24,000 bases of DNA from an uncultured Oscillospiraceae bacterium. GTDB taxonomy: Bacteria > Bacillota > Clostridia > Oscillospirales > Ruminococcaceae. The DNA lies in the NCBI GenBank assembly GCA_934466455.1, contig CAKSLF010000012.1:27939-51938 (forward strand), read 5' to 3'. The position numbers were made by a program, and so were the translations under genes. How positions within the stretch are numbered: position 1 is the first letter of the stretch; each line of letters begins with the position of its first letter. The notes below the pieces were generated by a model that was not told the origin of the DNA, searched no databases, and saw only the letters and a list, made by a program, of their open reading frames with translations. Positions 1 to 8,835 of this stretch are shown here, piece by piece.

Positions 1-183
1 AACGGCGTCCGGGTCTTTATCAAGAGCAATAAGCCACCCTGTGGTAAGGCGTTTTGCAATTTCCCTCGAGTGTCCCGCACCGCCTGCGGTGCCGTCGATA
101 TAAATCCCGTCCGGCTTAATATTAAGTCCTTCTATGCTTTCGTCAAGCAGTACGGAAATATGATGAAAATCCATCTCGCTCAT
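1..183 (-). CDS. rsmH: 16S rRNA (cytosine1402-N4)-methyltransferase RsmH/MraW, first 61 codons only (runs off the window)
   Basis: My translation from ATG 183..181 gives [46 protein letters not shown]... This is the RsmH N-terminus with the D-G-T-x-G-x-G-G-H-S SAM-binding motif. It lies 8 nt downstream of mraZ, as in dcw clusters. Confidence 0.85.
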   Translation of the reverse strand, partial: MSEMDFHHISVLLDESIEGLNIKPDGIYIDGTAGGAGHSREIAKRLTTGWLIALDKDPDAV

Positions 184-191
184 ACCGCACC

Positions 192-611
192 TCAAAATCC
201 AAGCTCGTCCATCGCCTCGGCGATTGCGTCGGAATCCATTTTTCCGCTGCGGACAATCCAGCTCTCCTTGTCCCAAACCTCAACATGATCCGATGCGCCT
301 ATAACGGCAATTTCTTTTGAAAGCCCGGCATGAATACGAAGAGTAGGACTTACAAGAACTCTGCCCTGCTTGTCCGAGTTTACTATTGTTGCGCTTGAAA
401 ACATAAAGCGTTTCAAATCCCTTGCCTTTGCCTGCGGCAACCCGGCAACCTTATCGCTTATACGCTTCCATTCTTCCATAGAATAGGCGGAAAGACAGCC
501 GTCAAGCCCTTTGGTAAGCACAAATTGCTCGCCAAGCTCTTCACGGAGCTTTGCCGGGAAATTAACTCTTCCCTTTTCGTCAATGTTATGATAATATTCA
601 CCGATATACAA
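192..611 (-). CDS. mraZ: transcriptional regulator MraZ
   Basis: The ORF-track protein contains ...[25 protein letters not shown]...[18 protein letters not shown]..., the duplicated SpoVT/AbrB-like MraZ halves. I place the start at TTG 611..609, 10 nt after GGAGG (626..622). The tracked start at 683 would lie inside the operator/promoter. Confidence 0.9.
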   Translation of the reverse strand: MYIGEYYHNIDEKGRVNFPAKLREELGEQFVLTKGLDGCLSAYSMEEWKRISDKVAGLPQAKARDLKRFMFSSATIVNSDKQGRVLVSPTLRIHAGLSKEIAVIGASDHVEVWDKESWIVRSGKMDSDAIAEAMDELGF

Positions 612-658
612 AGCTGCCCTTCCTCCCTTCTTTTTTGGGTGAATTTTAGGGTTACGGT

Positions 659-683
659 ACCACGCATACCCACTTTTCACCAC
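659..683 (-). promoter_or_regulatory. candidate MraZ operator: three direct repeats GTGGT-N5-GTGGG-N5-GTGGT at exact 10-bp phasing
   Basis: The minus strand reads GTGGTgaaaaGTGGGtatgcGTGGT (boxes at 683..679, 673..669, 663..659). It sits between the predicted -10 and the mraZ start. This matches the published architecture of MraZ sites: direct (G)TGGG-like repeats with 5-nt spacers. Confidence 0.55.
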
Positions 684-692
684 TCTATTATT

Positions 693-720
693 ATTATAAA
701 TAATTTCACGAAAATTGCAA
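693..720 (-). promoter_or_regulatory. candidate sigma-A promoter for mraZ-rsmH
   Basis: On the minus strand: TTGCAA (720..715), 16-nt spacer, TATAAT (698..693). Sequence-only prediction. Confidence 0.4.
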
Positions 721-819
721 TACCTTTTATAATATTTAGTTTTCCCTTTTGCGAAAATTTACAAATGAAATTTTTGGCATATTGTCTTGTTTTTTGATAA
801 ATTCGGTCGAAATAAAGCG

Positions 820-857
820 AAAAAAAATCTTCCCATACACAGTATGGGAAGATTTTT
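820..857 (-). terminator. rho-independent terminator (bidirectional shape) after the TfoX-like gene
   Basis: Stem AAATCTTCCCATAC (825-838) pairs with GTATGGGAAGATTT (842-855) around a 3-nt loop. An A-run lies 5' (820-827) and a T-run 3' (853-857). Confidence 0.65.
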
Positions 858-976
858 GACAATTTTGTTCGAAAGCACCCTTTGTAAAAACCGTTTTGCA
901 CAGAAAAGCATAAGCTTTATGCAAAACCGAATTGCGCCGCTGCGTTCAAAAAAAGCGACCGTATTTTTCTTAGGCT

Positions 977-1297
977 TTATTTTTTCTTTTTCGGCTTTGG
1001 AGCGGGAAGCTCGCTGTACATTCCGATAAAAAGCTTTTTCAAATACTCGGAATCCTCAACCTCCTCCACCAAAAGCATATCTTTTGCTCCCGGATACGGC
1101 GGTTCCCGCTTTGCCCCCGGCATATATTTTTCCGCAAAGGGCACATCCTTTGCAAGAAGCCTGTCGTCGCAGACATATGCGGCGATTTTATCCTTGTAAT
1201 AAATTATGTATTCGCCCATCATCTGCCGACAAGAAACATCGCCGAGTCCCGAAAGGCGTTCCATTATAAAATCTATATATTCCCTGTCTGTTGCCAT
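977..1297 (-). CDS. TfoX/Sxy N-terminal-domain family protein
   Basis: The 106-aa protein MATDREYIDFIMERLSGLGDVSCRQMMGEYIIYYKDKIAAYVCDDRLL...ELPAPKPKKKK matches my memory of small clostridial TfoX_N proteins. GGAGGG lies 5 nt upstream of the ATG. Confidence 0.75.
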   Translation of the reverse strand: MATDREYIDFIMERLSGLGDVSCRQMMGEYIIYYKDKIAAYVCDDRLLAKDVPFAEKYMPGAKREPPYPGAKDMLLVEEVEDSEYLKKLFIGMYSELPAPKPKKKK

Positions 1298-1299
1298 TG

Positions 1300-1797
1300 T
1301 TACCCTCCGATTTTCACATATGTAAAAATCCCGTCATTTTCTTTTTCATACTTTATTTTTCTTTTTTCCAAAAGCGGAAGAAGCTTTTCTTCAATTATCG
1401 GCATATCCATTCTGAAAGAGCTTATAACGAATATTCTTCCGCCCGGCTTTATCACCCTAAAACACTCCCTCAGCACTTTTTCAAGCACTGCGCCAAGGTG
1501 CCCTACGGCATTATACATAACAACGGTATCAAAGCTTTCCGCCGCAAAAGCCATATTTGTCGCATCCATCAAAGTAAAGGTAAAGCCCTCTGTTTTGCGT
1601 GCCTGCGGCGGAAGGCGAAGGCAGTCAAGGTCTATTCCGTCAACGCTCTTTGCGATATTTGCCGCATACATAGAAAATTCCGCACAACCGCAGGCAACCT
1701 CCAGAACGGATTTGCCGATTATGTTTTCCTCAATATGTGCCGTCGCCTGCTCAACACGCTTCAAAGTGTTTCCTCCCTGCCGTAAAAATTTTTCCAA
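1300..1797 (-). CDS. class I SAM-dependent methyltransferase
   Basis: Motif I is VLEVACGCAEFS, with post-I D-L-D and GGRIFVIS. The start is ambiguous: ATG 1797 overlaps the GNAT gene by 37 nt, and TTG 1764 overlaps its TGA stop. Confidence 0.75.
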   Translation of the reverse strand: MEKFLRQGGNTLKRVEQATAHIEENIIGKSVLEVACGCAEFSMYAANIAKSVDGIDLDCLRLPPQARKTEGFTFTLMDATNMAFAAESFDTVVMYNAVGHLGAVLEKVLRECFRVIKPGGRIFVISSFRMDMPIIEEKLLPLLEKRKIKYEKENDGIFTYVKIGG

Positions 1798-2270
1798 TCT
1801 TTTTTGTCTATTCTGTAATAGCGGAACATATCGTCCTCCGAAACAAATCGAAATCCCACCTTTTCAAGTACATGTGTGCTTCTTCTGTTTTTATGGATTG
1901 TATCCGCAAACACGGTGTTCATATTCATTTTCCCAAAGGCGTATTTGATTGCAAGATTCTCTGCCGCCGTTCCGTAACCGCAATTTTTGAAGCCGTCGTT
2001 TTTAATACCTATTCCAAGCTCGCAGGTTCCGTTATCACGGTCGATATGTTTAAAATAAACTTCTCCGATTACCTCGTCATCAAGCATAATCGCAAAACTT
2101 TTTCTGTCCGGAGCATTTTGCTTTTCAAAATGGGCGTCCGCTTTTTCTTCGCTGTATTCATACCGCTTAAAAGTGCTCATGTCCGCAAAAAGCATAGGGT
2201 CACTTTCATATTCCCGGAACAGCTCTCTGCAAAGCTCTTTCGTCATTTCTTTAAGTGAAATTTTACTCAT
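1761..2270 (-). CDS. GNAT family N-acetyltransferase (RimJ/RimL-like)
   Basis: The 169-aa protein has ...IGEVYFKHIDRDNGTCELGIGI...NCGYGTAAENLAIKYAFGKMNMNTVFADTIHKNRRSTHVLEKVGF..., the GNAT acetyl-CoA-binding core. Confidence 0.8.
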   Translation of the reverse strand: MSKISLKEMTKELCRELFREYESDPMLFADMSTFKRYEYSEEKADAHFEKQNAPDRKSFAIMLDDEVIGEVYFKHIDRDNGTCELGIGIKNDGFKNCGYGTAAENLAIKYAFGKMNMNTVFADTIHKNRRSTHVLEKVGFRFVSEDDMFRYYRIDKKDWKNFYGREETL

Positions 2271-2275
2271 TTTTA

Positions 2276-2315
2276 CAAAAACAAGACCCGCTCCATATAT
2301 AAAAGCGGGTTCTTG
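2276..2315 (-). terminator. rho-independent terminator after the coiled-coil gene
   Basis: The minus strand reads CAAGAACCCGCTtttatatatggAGCGGGTCTTG followed by TTTTTG. Confidence 0.6.
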
Positions 2316-2329
2316 ATATTATTATTTAA

Positions 2330-2803
2330 TTATTTTTCGGTATTCTGTCCCTTTTGCTGCTGCTGACGGAACGCCGCACGAGTGCTTTTTACTTCGTTCA
2401 TTGAAGCGGCAAGGGTTTCTTCCGTATTCTTCAGAATGTTATCCACAAATTCCTTGGCGGATTGGCGCATTTCACGGCTCTGCTGCTGCGCCTGCTGTGC
2501 AATTTCCGCAGCCTTGTTTCTGCTTTGGCGAACAATTTCTTCTTCTTCTACAAGGGCGGCTGCGCGCTTTTCCGCACGGGCAATAATCGTTTCCGCTTCC
2601 TTCTTTGCATTATTAACAATCTCGGTGCGGTCGGCAACAATAGACTGTGCCTGTCTTATTTCCGTAGGCATATTAAGACGCACATCATCAAGAAGCTCCC
2701 GCACCTTGTCTGCGTCAACAACACAGCGACCGCCGGTAAGAGGCAGCGACCATGCACGGTCGATAAGCTCATCAAGCTGGTCAAGAATCTCTTCAATAGA
2801 CAT
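2330..2803 (-). CDS. conserved coiled-coil protein (family often labelled 'ATPase' or V-ATPase subunit H-like in Firmicutes); function unknown
   Basis: The 157-aa protein starts MSIEEILDQLDELIDRAWSLPLTGGRCVVDADKVRELLDDVRLNMPTEIRQAQ, followed by a long Ala/Glu/Gln-rich helix. It lies directly downstream of coaD. Confidence 0.6.
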   Translation of the reverse strand: MSIEEILDQLDELIDRAWSLPLTGGRCVVDADKVRELLDDVRLNMPTEIRQAQSIVADRTEIVNNAKKEAETIIARAEKRAAALVEEEEIVRQSRNKAAEIAQQAQQQSREMRQSAKEFVDNILKNTEETLAASMNEVKSTRAAFRQQQQKGQNTEK

Positions 2804-2817
2804 AAAACATACCTCCG

Positions 2818-3309
2818 TTATATATCAGCATTATTTTTCAATACTTTTTCAATGGTTTCAAGTGCCTCCGCCGGAACAAAATCGGAAATATCACCGCCAA
2901 AGGAAGCAATCTGGCGCACAAGGCTTGAGCTAATATACATATTTTCCGGTTTTGCGGTCATAAAAACCGTTTCCGCCTTCGGCGCAAGGCTTTTGTTGGC
3001 AAGAGCCATCTGAAATTCGTAGTCAAAATCCGTTGCGGAACGCAATCCCTTTACTATTGCATTTATGCCGTTTTTTTCTACATATTCAGCCAAAAGCCCA
3101 TCCCATGCATCGACTTTTATGCGGTTGTTGCCGGAAAGTGCGCAGGAAATCATATTGCAGCGTTCCTCTACGGAAAAGTCATAGTGTTTTTCGGGGTTTG
3201 TCATAACAAGCACCGTAACCTCGTCAAAAAGCTCCGCAGCACGCCTGAATATATCTATATGACCGTTGGTCACCGGGCAAAAGCTGCCCGGACATACGGC
3301 TTTTTTCAT
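2818..3309 (-). CDS. coaD: phosphopantetheine adenylyltransferase
   Basis: CPGSFCPVTNGHIDIFRRA carries the T/H-x-G-H nucleotidyltransferase motif, and ISSSLVRQI is present. The ATGA overlap with the rsmD stop suggests translational coupling. Confidence 0.95.
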   Translation of the reverse strand: MKKAVCPGSFCPVTNGHIDIFRRAAELFDEVTVLVMTNPEKHYDFSVEERCNMISCALSGNNRIKVDAWDGLLAEYVEKNGINAIVKGLRSATDFDYEFQMALANKSLAPKAETVFMTAKPENMYISSSLVRQIASFGGDISDFVPAEALETIEKVLKNNADI

Positions 3310-3854
3310 TCTTCATCTTCCTTCCGATAGGAATAAACCATGGTTCTTCCGTAGCGGTACTCCTTGACTTTTACAAGCCCGCCCGCTCTTTCCGGAAGGT
3401 CGATTCCCTTTGCGGTTTCACAAAACACAATACCTCCCGGGCGCATTACTTTTGCCACCGCCGGAAGCGAAAGCGGAAGCTGCTGTGCAGCATATGGCGG
3501 ATCAAGAAAGGCAATGTCAAAACGCTCGAACGCTCCGGAAAGATACAGCACCGCATCGGTTGTCTTCAGCTTTGCTTTATCTGAAAAACCGCAGTTTTTA
3601 AGGTTTTCCGTAATGCAGCTCTGTGCATCCTTGGAACTGTCCACAAAAACGGCGGATTTTGCTCCTCTTGAAAGTGCTTCTATCCCAAGCTGACCCGAGC
3701 CGGCAAAAAGATCCAGCACATCTGCGCCCTCTATAATAAACTGTATGGCGGAAAAAATGCCTTCTTTAACTCTGTCGCCGGTCGGGCGGGTAACATCCCT
3801 GCCTTCCGGGGCAACAAGGCGTTTTCCCTTTGCCGTTCCCGTAATAACTCTCAT
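3306..3854 (-). CDS. rsmD: 16S rRNA (guanine966-N2)-methyltransferase RsmD
   Basis: MRVITGTAKGKRL...RPTGDRVKEGIFS...VLDLFAGSGQLGIEALSRGA...FLDPPY has the RsmD signature including DPPY. The conserved rsmD-coaD pairing is present. Confidence 0.9.
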   Translation of the reverse strand: MRVITGTAKGKRLVAPEGRDVTRPTGDRVKEGIFSAIQFIIEGADVLDLFAGSGQLGIEALSRGAKSAVFVDSSKDAQSCITENLKNCGFSDKAKLKTTDAVLYLSGAFERFDIAFLDPPYAAQQLPLSLPAVAKVMRPGGIVFCETAKGIDLPERAGGLVKVKEYRYGRTMVYSYRKEDEE

Positions 3855-3916
3855 ATTTTTACCTCCCTATGGGGATATTTATATTATCCTATTTTCACCG
3901 CTAAAAGTCAATGCTT

Positions 3917-5749
3917 TTATTCGTTGTCGAGGAAGTCCCTTAGGGACTTTGCGGCGGCGGCCGTCATCCCCGGTGCTGCGGCAAGCTCCTCGCAGGAAGC
4001 CGCCCGAATTGCCTTCATTGTTTTGAAGTGCTTTAGAAGTGCCTCCGCCCTCTTTGGACCGACGCCCGGTGCTTTTGTTATAAGCAGCTCGAAATTTGTT
4101 TTAGAGTGCTTTTGGCGGCTGTATGTTATTGTGTAACGGTGAACCTCATCCTGCACCGCAGTAATAAAGTTAAACACCTCTTTTATCGGAGAAATTGCTA
4201 TTTCTCCGCCGTTTTTTGCAATGGCACGGGTTCTGTGGCGGTCATCTTTTACCATTCCGAAAAGCGGCACGGTAACACCAATTTCATCAAAAAGCTCCTG
4301 AACGGCGGCAACATGACCCTTTCCGCCATCGAGCAAAATCAAATCCGGCACGGTTCCAAAAGATGTGCCCTTTTCTTTTTCCTCGCCAAGCCTCTCGAAT
4401 CTGCGGCGGAGCATCTCTCTCATACAGGCATAATCGTCCGGCTTTGCGGCGTCCTTTATAGAGAATTTTCTGTAATCGGAACGCTTTGAGCGGGCGTTTT
4501 CGTAAACGACCATTCCTCCGACAACCGTTTCTGCTCCAAAGTTTGATATATCATAGGCTTCTATCCTCTCCGGCGGCTTTTCAAGCCCAAGCAGCCTTGC
4601 AAGCTCGTCCAAGACGGCTACTTCCCGGCTGGTTCGCAGCTTTTCGTGAGAAAGCCTCTCTGCGGCATTATTGTATGCCATCTCCGCAGTTTTCCTGCGT
4701 TCGCCTTTTTGCGGAACGGTTATGGTTACCCTGTGCCCCGCCTTTTCGGAGAGCCAGCGGGAAAGCAGCTCTGCATCGTCACATTCCTCATGCAGTGCTA
4801 TTTCTTTCGGAATATCTGTTTTTTCCGCATAAAAGCTTTGCAAAAACTCCGTTACGGAAGCAGGGTCGGTTCCCAAATCCTTCATGACATATTCGCTTTT
4901 ATCCACAAGCTTTCCTCCCCTAAAGGAAAGAACCACTGCACAGCAATATTCCCCGCTTTGAGCAACGGCGGCAACATCCTGCTCCGGCAGCTTTGAAAAG
5001 ACAACCTTTTGTCTGTCGGCAATGCCTTCTATTGCACGGATTCTGTCCCGAAGAGAGGCTGCCCGTTCAAATTCCTCATTTTCGGCTGCGGCATACATAC
5101 GCTCCGTCAACTTTTCCACGGAGGAAGCACTTCCGCCTCTTATAAATTCAATAGCCTCCGTAAGAGCTTCGTTATATTCCTCTTCCGAAATTTTTCCCCG
5201 GCAAACGCCCATGCAGTTTTTGATGTAGTAATTGAGACAGGGGCGGGCTTTTCCAAATTCCCCGGGAAATTTTCTACTGCAGGTAGGAAGCATAAACGCT
5301 TTGTTTGCTTCCTCCACCGTTTGGCGCACGACAAAGGAGCTGATATACGGTCCGATGTATTCTGCGCCGTCGTCGTATTTTTGTAAAACGCCGCTTATCC
5401 GGCTGTATGGACCGGGAGATACCCTTACATAGCTGTAACCCTTGTCGTCCTTTAGAAGTATGTTATATTTAGGAGCATATTGCTTAATCAGGCTGCATTC
5501 GAGAATAAGGGCTTCAAACTCGCTGTCGGTAACTATATACTCAAAATCGTATACATGCTCCACCATTCTGTAAACCTTAGGCAGATGTTTTTCTACATTG
5601 CGGAAATAACTTGTTACACGATTTTTTAGTTTTTTCGCCTTACCGACATATATAACCTTGCCTGTCTTATCGTGCATAATATATACTCCGGGCTGCATAG
5701 GCAAGCTTAGTGTTTTTTCATGAAGATACGGCAACCTTGGGTTGTCCAT
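3917..5749 (-). CDS. uvrC: excinuclease ABC subunit C
   Basis: GIY-YIG N-terminus (PGVYIMHDKTGKVIYVGKAKKLKNRVTSYF), a UvrBC-interaction region, an Endo V-like domain and a C-terminal HhH. I place the start at ATG 5749. The tracked start 5830 would run through the ptsH terminator hairpin. Confidence 0.95.
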   Translation of the reverse strand: MDNPRLPYLHEKTLSLPMQPGVYIMHDKTGKVIYVGKAKKLKNRVTSYFRNVEKHLPKVYRMVEHVYDFEYIVTDSEFEALILECSLIKQYAPKYNILLKDDKGYSYVRVSPGPYSRISGVLQKYDDGAEYIGPYISSFVVRQTVEEANKAFMLPTCSRKFPGEFGKARPCLNYYIKNCMGVCRGKISEEEYNEALTEAIEFIRGGSASSVEKLTERMYAAAENEEFERAASLRDRIRAIEGIADRQKVVFSKLPEQDVAAVAQSGEYCCAVVLSFRGGKLVDKSEYVMKDLGTDPASVTEFLQSFYAEKTDIPKEIALHEECDDAELLSRWLSEKAGHRVTITVPQKGERRKTAEMAYNNAAERLSHEKLRTSREVAVLDELARLLGLEKPPERIEAYDISNFGAETVVGGMVVYENARSKRSDYRKFSIKDAAKPDDYACMREMLRRRFERLGEEKEKGTSFGTVPDLILLDGGKGHVAAVQELFDEIGVTVPLFGMVKDDRHRTRAIAKNGGEIAISPIKEVFNFITAVQDEVHRYTITYSRQKHSKTNFELLITKAPGVGPKRAEALLKHFKTMKAIRAASCEELAAAPGMTAAAAKSLRDFLDNE

Positions 5750-5815
5750 TAACAACCGCCCCCTTTCCAAAGGCTTTTTGCGGACAAAAAGTGTAAACCG
5801 CCATAATATTATATA

Positions 5816-5850
5816 CAAAAAGCACCGCAAATGCTACTCATTTGCGGTGC
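5816..5850 (-). terminator. rho-independent terminator after ptsH
   Basis: A 12-bp perfect stem, GCACCGCAAATG (5822-5833) with CATTTGCGGTGC (5839-5850), around a 5-nt loop. TTTTTG follows on the minus strand. Confidence 0.75.
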
Positions 5851-5870
5851 CGTTTTCAAAAAATTAAAAA

Positions 5871-6134
5871 TCAATCGGTAAAGCCGGATTCTACAAGCTT
5901 TACAAGAGCGTCAACAGCAGCTTCTTCGTCAACGCCGTCCGCAATAATAGTAACTTCGTTTCCTCCGAGAATTCCAAGAGAAAGTACGCCGAGAAGACTC
6001 TTCGCATTGACCCTGCGTTCATCTTTTTCGACCCAGATAGAAGATTTGAACTCATTGGATTTCTGAATAAAGAATGTTGCGGGGCGGGCATGAAGACCGA
6101 CTTGATTTTGAACCTTTACAGTGTTAGAAAACAT
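5871..6134 (-). CDS. ptsH: phosphocarrier protein HPr
   Basis: MFSNTVKVQNQVGLHARPA (His15 site) and NAKSLLGVLSLG (Ser46 site). The start is ATG 6134, 6 nt after GGAGG. The tracked 6176 start is an upstream extension. Confidence 0.9.
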   Translation of the reverse strand: MFSNTVKVQNQVGLHARPATFFIQKSNEFKSSIWVEKDERRVNAKSLLGVLSLGILGGNEVTIIADGVDEEAAVDALVKLVESGFTD

Positions 6135-6174
6135 ATGTATCCTCCTTATAACTCTCAAATGTTTTTCCGTTAAC

Positions 6175-6203
6175 ATTATAGCATTATAGAAAATTTAATT
6201 CAA
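6175..6203 (-). promoter_or_regulatory. candidate sigma-A promoter of ptsH
   Basis: On the minus strand: TTGAAT (6203..6198), 17 nt, TATAAT (6180..6175). A second TATAAT lies 8 nt upstream (6188..6183). Confidence 0.45.
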
Positions 6204-6283
6204 TGTAATTTTGAGCGCAAAAATAAATTCTATAATTTTTCCATAAGAAATGGCGGGTTTAGCCTTTTCGTTGGTTAATATGT

Positions 6284-7009
6284 CTATAAACTTTCCACCA
6301 TTTTAAGCAAGTTGTACACTATCGCAACAACAATAGAAGGCAGCATATTCGCCGTGCGTATTTTTGCGTTTGCCGTAAAATTAAGCCCTATGCAAACGAT
6401 AAGTGCGCTTCCCACCATGGTTACATCCGGCATCATATGCGCAGCCGTGCTGAGCACGCCCGAAACAGACGAGGCAAAAAGCGCAATCGCTCCCTGATAG
6501 ATAAGCACGGAGCCTGCCGCAAAAATTGCGCCTATTCCCATTGTGGAGGTCAGTACAAGGGCGGTTATTGCATCAAGCACGCTTTTTACAAGCAGCAAGC
6601 TGTAATCGCCGGTAAGTCCATCGTTTATCGGACCCAAAATTGCCATTGAGCCAACGCAATAGACCAATGTTGCCGAAACAAATCCCCTTGCAAATCCGTC
6701 AAATTTGACCCTGCACTCGATTTTTTGTCCAAGGTCATTTACCTTATCGTCAATATCAATGGCTTCGCCTATGGCTGTTCCTATAACAAGGCAAATGAGC
6801 AAAAGCATTCCGCCGCTTTCTGCGATTTTTCCGTCCTCGCCTACGGAGAGCATATTTGTGAGCACGCCGTTTAGCCCAATTATGAGCATGGCAAGTCCCA
6901 TTGCCCGCATAACTCCGTCCATTATGCTTTCTTTTATTCCTTTTTTGAGCACAAGCCCCAAAAGCCCACCTATAATAATGGCTGCGGTATTTATTAAAGT
7001 TCCTGTCAT
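6284..7009 (-). CDS. DUF554 (YqgA/YdfK-like) integral membrane protein
   Basis: The 241-aa polytopic protein starts MTGTLINTAAIIIGGLLGLVLKKGI..., typical of DUF554. Its ATG directly abuts the trmD TAA (TAAATG). Confidence 0.8.
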   Translation of the reverse strand: MTGTLINTAAIIIGGLLGLVLKKGIKESIMDGVMRAMGLAMLIIGLNGVLTNMLSVGEDGKIAESGGMLLLICLVIGTAIGEAIDIDDKVNDLGQKIECRVKFDGFARGFVSATLVYCVGSMAILGPINDGLTGDYSLLLVKSVLDAITALVLTSTMGIGAIFAAGSVLIYQGAIALFASSVSGVLSTAAHMMPDVTMVGSALIVCIGLNFTANAKIRTANMLPSIVVAIVYNLLKMVESL

Positions 7010-7708
7010 TTATAGATTTCCTTTGTATTTTTCGTACATGTCCGGGCGTTTTTCCTCGGTGCGTTTAAGTGCCTGCTCGTGCCGCCAATTTGAAATTTCT
7101 TTGTGATTTCCTCCGAGCAGCACTTCCGGAACGGCTTTACCATGCCAAATTTGCGGTCTTGTATATTGAGGATATTCAAGCAGACCGGAAAAATGACTTT
7201 CGTCCTCAAAGCAAACATCTTCCGAGAGCACCCCATCGCAAAGCCTGCCCACACAATCCGTAAGCACCAGTGCTCCAAGCTCTCCTCCCGTGAGCACATA
7301 ATCGCCTACCGACACCTCTTCATCGACAATCTCTTCGAGAACACGCTCGTCAACACCCTCATAGTGCCCGCAAATCAATAAAAGATGATCGTAATTTTCG
7401 GAGAAATTCACCGCCATTTTTTGATTGAGCACGGAGCCTTGCGGCGACATATATATCACATAAGGTTTTGAGCACGCTTCCTCACATATGTGCTCAAAGC
7501 ATTGAAAAATCGGTTCCGCCTTGAGCAGCATACCGTTTCCTCCGCCATAAGGCGCATCGTCGACCCGTTTATGCTTATCATATGAAAAATCTCTTATGTT
7601 ATGGCAATATACCTCTATAAAGCCTGCACGACGCGCCCGCCCGATTATGCTTGTTGCTAAAACCGCTTCGCACATTTCCGGAAACAGTGTGGCAATGTCA
7701 ATCCTCAT
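7010..7708 (-). CDS. trmD: tRNA (guanine37-N1)-methyltransferase
   Basis: MRIDIATLFPEM...DDAPYGGGNGMLLK...LLICGHYEGVDERV. ATG 7708 is preferred over the tracked TTG 7714. It overlaps the rimM 3' end. Confidence 0.95.
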   Translation of the reverse strand: MRIDIATLFPEMCEAVLATSIIGRARRAGFIEVYCHNIRDFSYDKHKRVDDAPYGGGNGMLLKAEPIFQCFEHICEEACSKPYVIYMSPQGSVLNQKMAVNFSENYDHLLLICGHYEGVDERVLEEIVDEEVSVGDYVLTGGELGALVLTDCVGRLCDGVLSEDVCFEDESHFSGLLEYPQYTRPQIWHGKAVPEVLLGGNHKEISNWRHEQALKRTEEKRPDMYEKYKGNL

Positions 7709-8213
7709 CGTCAAAAAGTCCTTTCATCGGGGTGATGCTCAAAAATCCGCCGTCAATATCCACCTTGTCGATTACCTGCGGAATTGCCGGAATCCATGTT
7801 TCTCCGCCGTTTTCGTTGCGCACATCATAAATGTCGTTTGCACCGGTGGAAGCAACATCAAAAACTTCCCCGTAACAAATTCCGCTTGCGGAATCCACGA
7901 CCTTTAATCCGATTATATCCTGAATAAAGTATTCGCCTTTTTTCATCGGAATATCCTCCCGCTTCATATAGAGAACTTTTCCGACAAATTTTCTGGCTTC
8001 CTCGGGCGAATCTATTCCCTTCAATTTAACAAGGTACACATTCTTATGTGGTTTTACATACTGCACACGAAATTCCTGCTCGCCTTTTTCGTCAAGGTAC
8101 ATTCTTGCAGCACGCTCGACATCGCCGGGATCGCACCATGGATAAAGGCGCATATCGCCCTTTATCCCATGCGTCGTTACAATTTCGCCCACTTCAAGAT
8201 ATTCCTTCCTCAT
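7698..8213 (-). CDS. rimM: 16S rRNA processing protein RimM
   Basis: YLEVGEIVTTHGIKGDMRLYPWCD... is followed by a PRC-barrel C-terminus. GGAGG lies upstream and the operon context is conserved. Confidence 0.9.
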   Translation of the reverse strand: MRKEYLEVGEIVTTHGIKGDMRLYPWCDPGDVERAARMYLDEKGEQEFRVQYVKPHKNVYLVKLKGIDSPEEARKFVGKVLYMKREDIPMKKGEYFIQDIIGLKVVDSASGICYGEVFDVASTGANDIYDVRNENGGETWIPAIPQVIDKVDIDGGFLSITPMKGLFDDED

Positions 8214-8273
8214 AGTTCTGCCTCCGTATACAATTCCCTCGTCAAAATTCTTTTGACGAGGGAACTTTTTAGT

Positions 8274-8507
8274 TTATTCGATAGTAACGGCAACCTTTTC
8301 GCCGTTACGGTTCGCAGCGGTACGCATAAGGGTACGAATCGCACGGGCAATTTTTCCCTGGCGACCGATAACTCTGCCCATATCCTCGGGAGCAACATGA
8401 AGATGGTATGTTACGGTACCCTCTTCGTCCGGCTCGCCGACGGTTACGACAACAGCATCCTTATTTTCCACAAGGCCGCGTGCAATAACAGCAAGCAGTT
8501 CTTCCAT
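8274..8507 (-). CDS. KH-domain RNA-binding protein (YlqC family)
   Basis: ...VIGRQGKIARAIRTLMR... contains the KH GxxG loop. ATG 8507 sits 8 nt after GGAGG. The tracked ATG 8525 (TAATG overlap with rpsP) is the alternative. Confidence 0.85.
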   Translation of the reverse strand: MEELLAVIARGLVENKDAVVVTVGEPDEEGTVTYHLHVAPEDMGRVIGRQGKIARAIRTLMRTAANRNGEKVAVTIE

Positions 8508-8524
8508 ATTCAGAACCTCCGGCA

Positions 8525-8770
8525 TTACTTAATAATGCCTTCAACTTTAAGAAGAGCCCTAACGGTATCGGTAGGCTGTGCGCCGGAAGCGATCCATTTT
8601 TCAACTTTTTCTGCATCAAATTTGATTACGGACGGTTCTTTGGTGGGGTCATAATAGCCGACTTCCTCGATAAAACGACCATCTCTGGGATAGCGGGAAT
8701 CTGCTACTACTACACGGTAGAAAGGTGCTTTCTTTGCGCCCATACGACGCAGTCTGATTTTAACGGACAT
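8525..8770 (-). CDS. rpsP: 30S ribosomal protein S16
   Basis: [42 protein letters not shown] is a canonical S16 sequence. Confidence 0.97.
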   Translation of the reverse strand: MSVKIRLRRMGAKKAPFYRVVVADSRYPRDGRFIEEVGYYDPTKEPSVIKFDAEKVEKWIASGAQPTDTVRALLKVEGIIK

Positions 8771-8835
8771 TTTGTTTTCCTCCTATGGTGAAAAAAATTA
8801 TCATATTTATCAATGGCTTTCGCCAAAAGATTTAG

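Noticed and set aside
612-683. Longer tracked start for mraZ (683). Similar 5' extensions exist for uvrC (5750-5830), ptsH (6135-6176), ylxM (10582-10659) and ubiX (11727-11780).
   Set aside because: Each extension lacks an RBS and adds residues absent from the conserved family N-terminus. Each also runs through a promoter, operator or terminator hairpin that I can see. The internal starts have GGAGG-type RBSs at 5-10 nt.
977-2270. The TfoX-like, methyltransferase and GNAT trio as a functional system such as a toxin-antitoxin or defence module.
   Set aside because: They are tightly packed, but these are common, unrelated small accessory families. I see no known pairing logic, no nuclease or toxin motif, and no repeats or mobility signatures.
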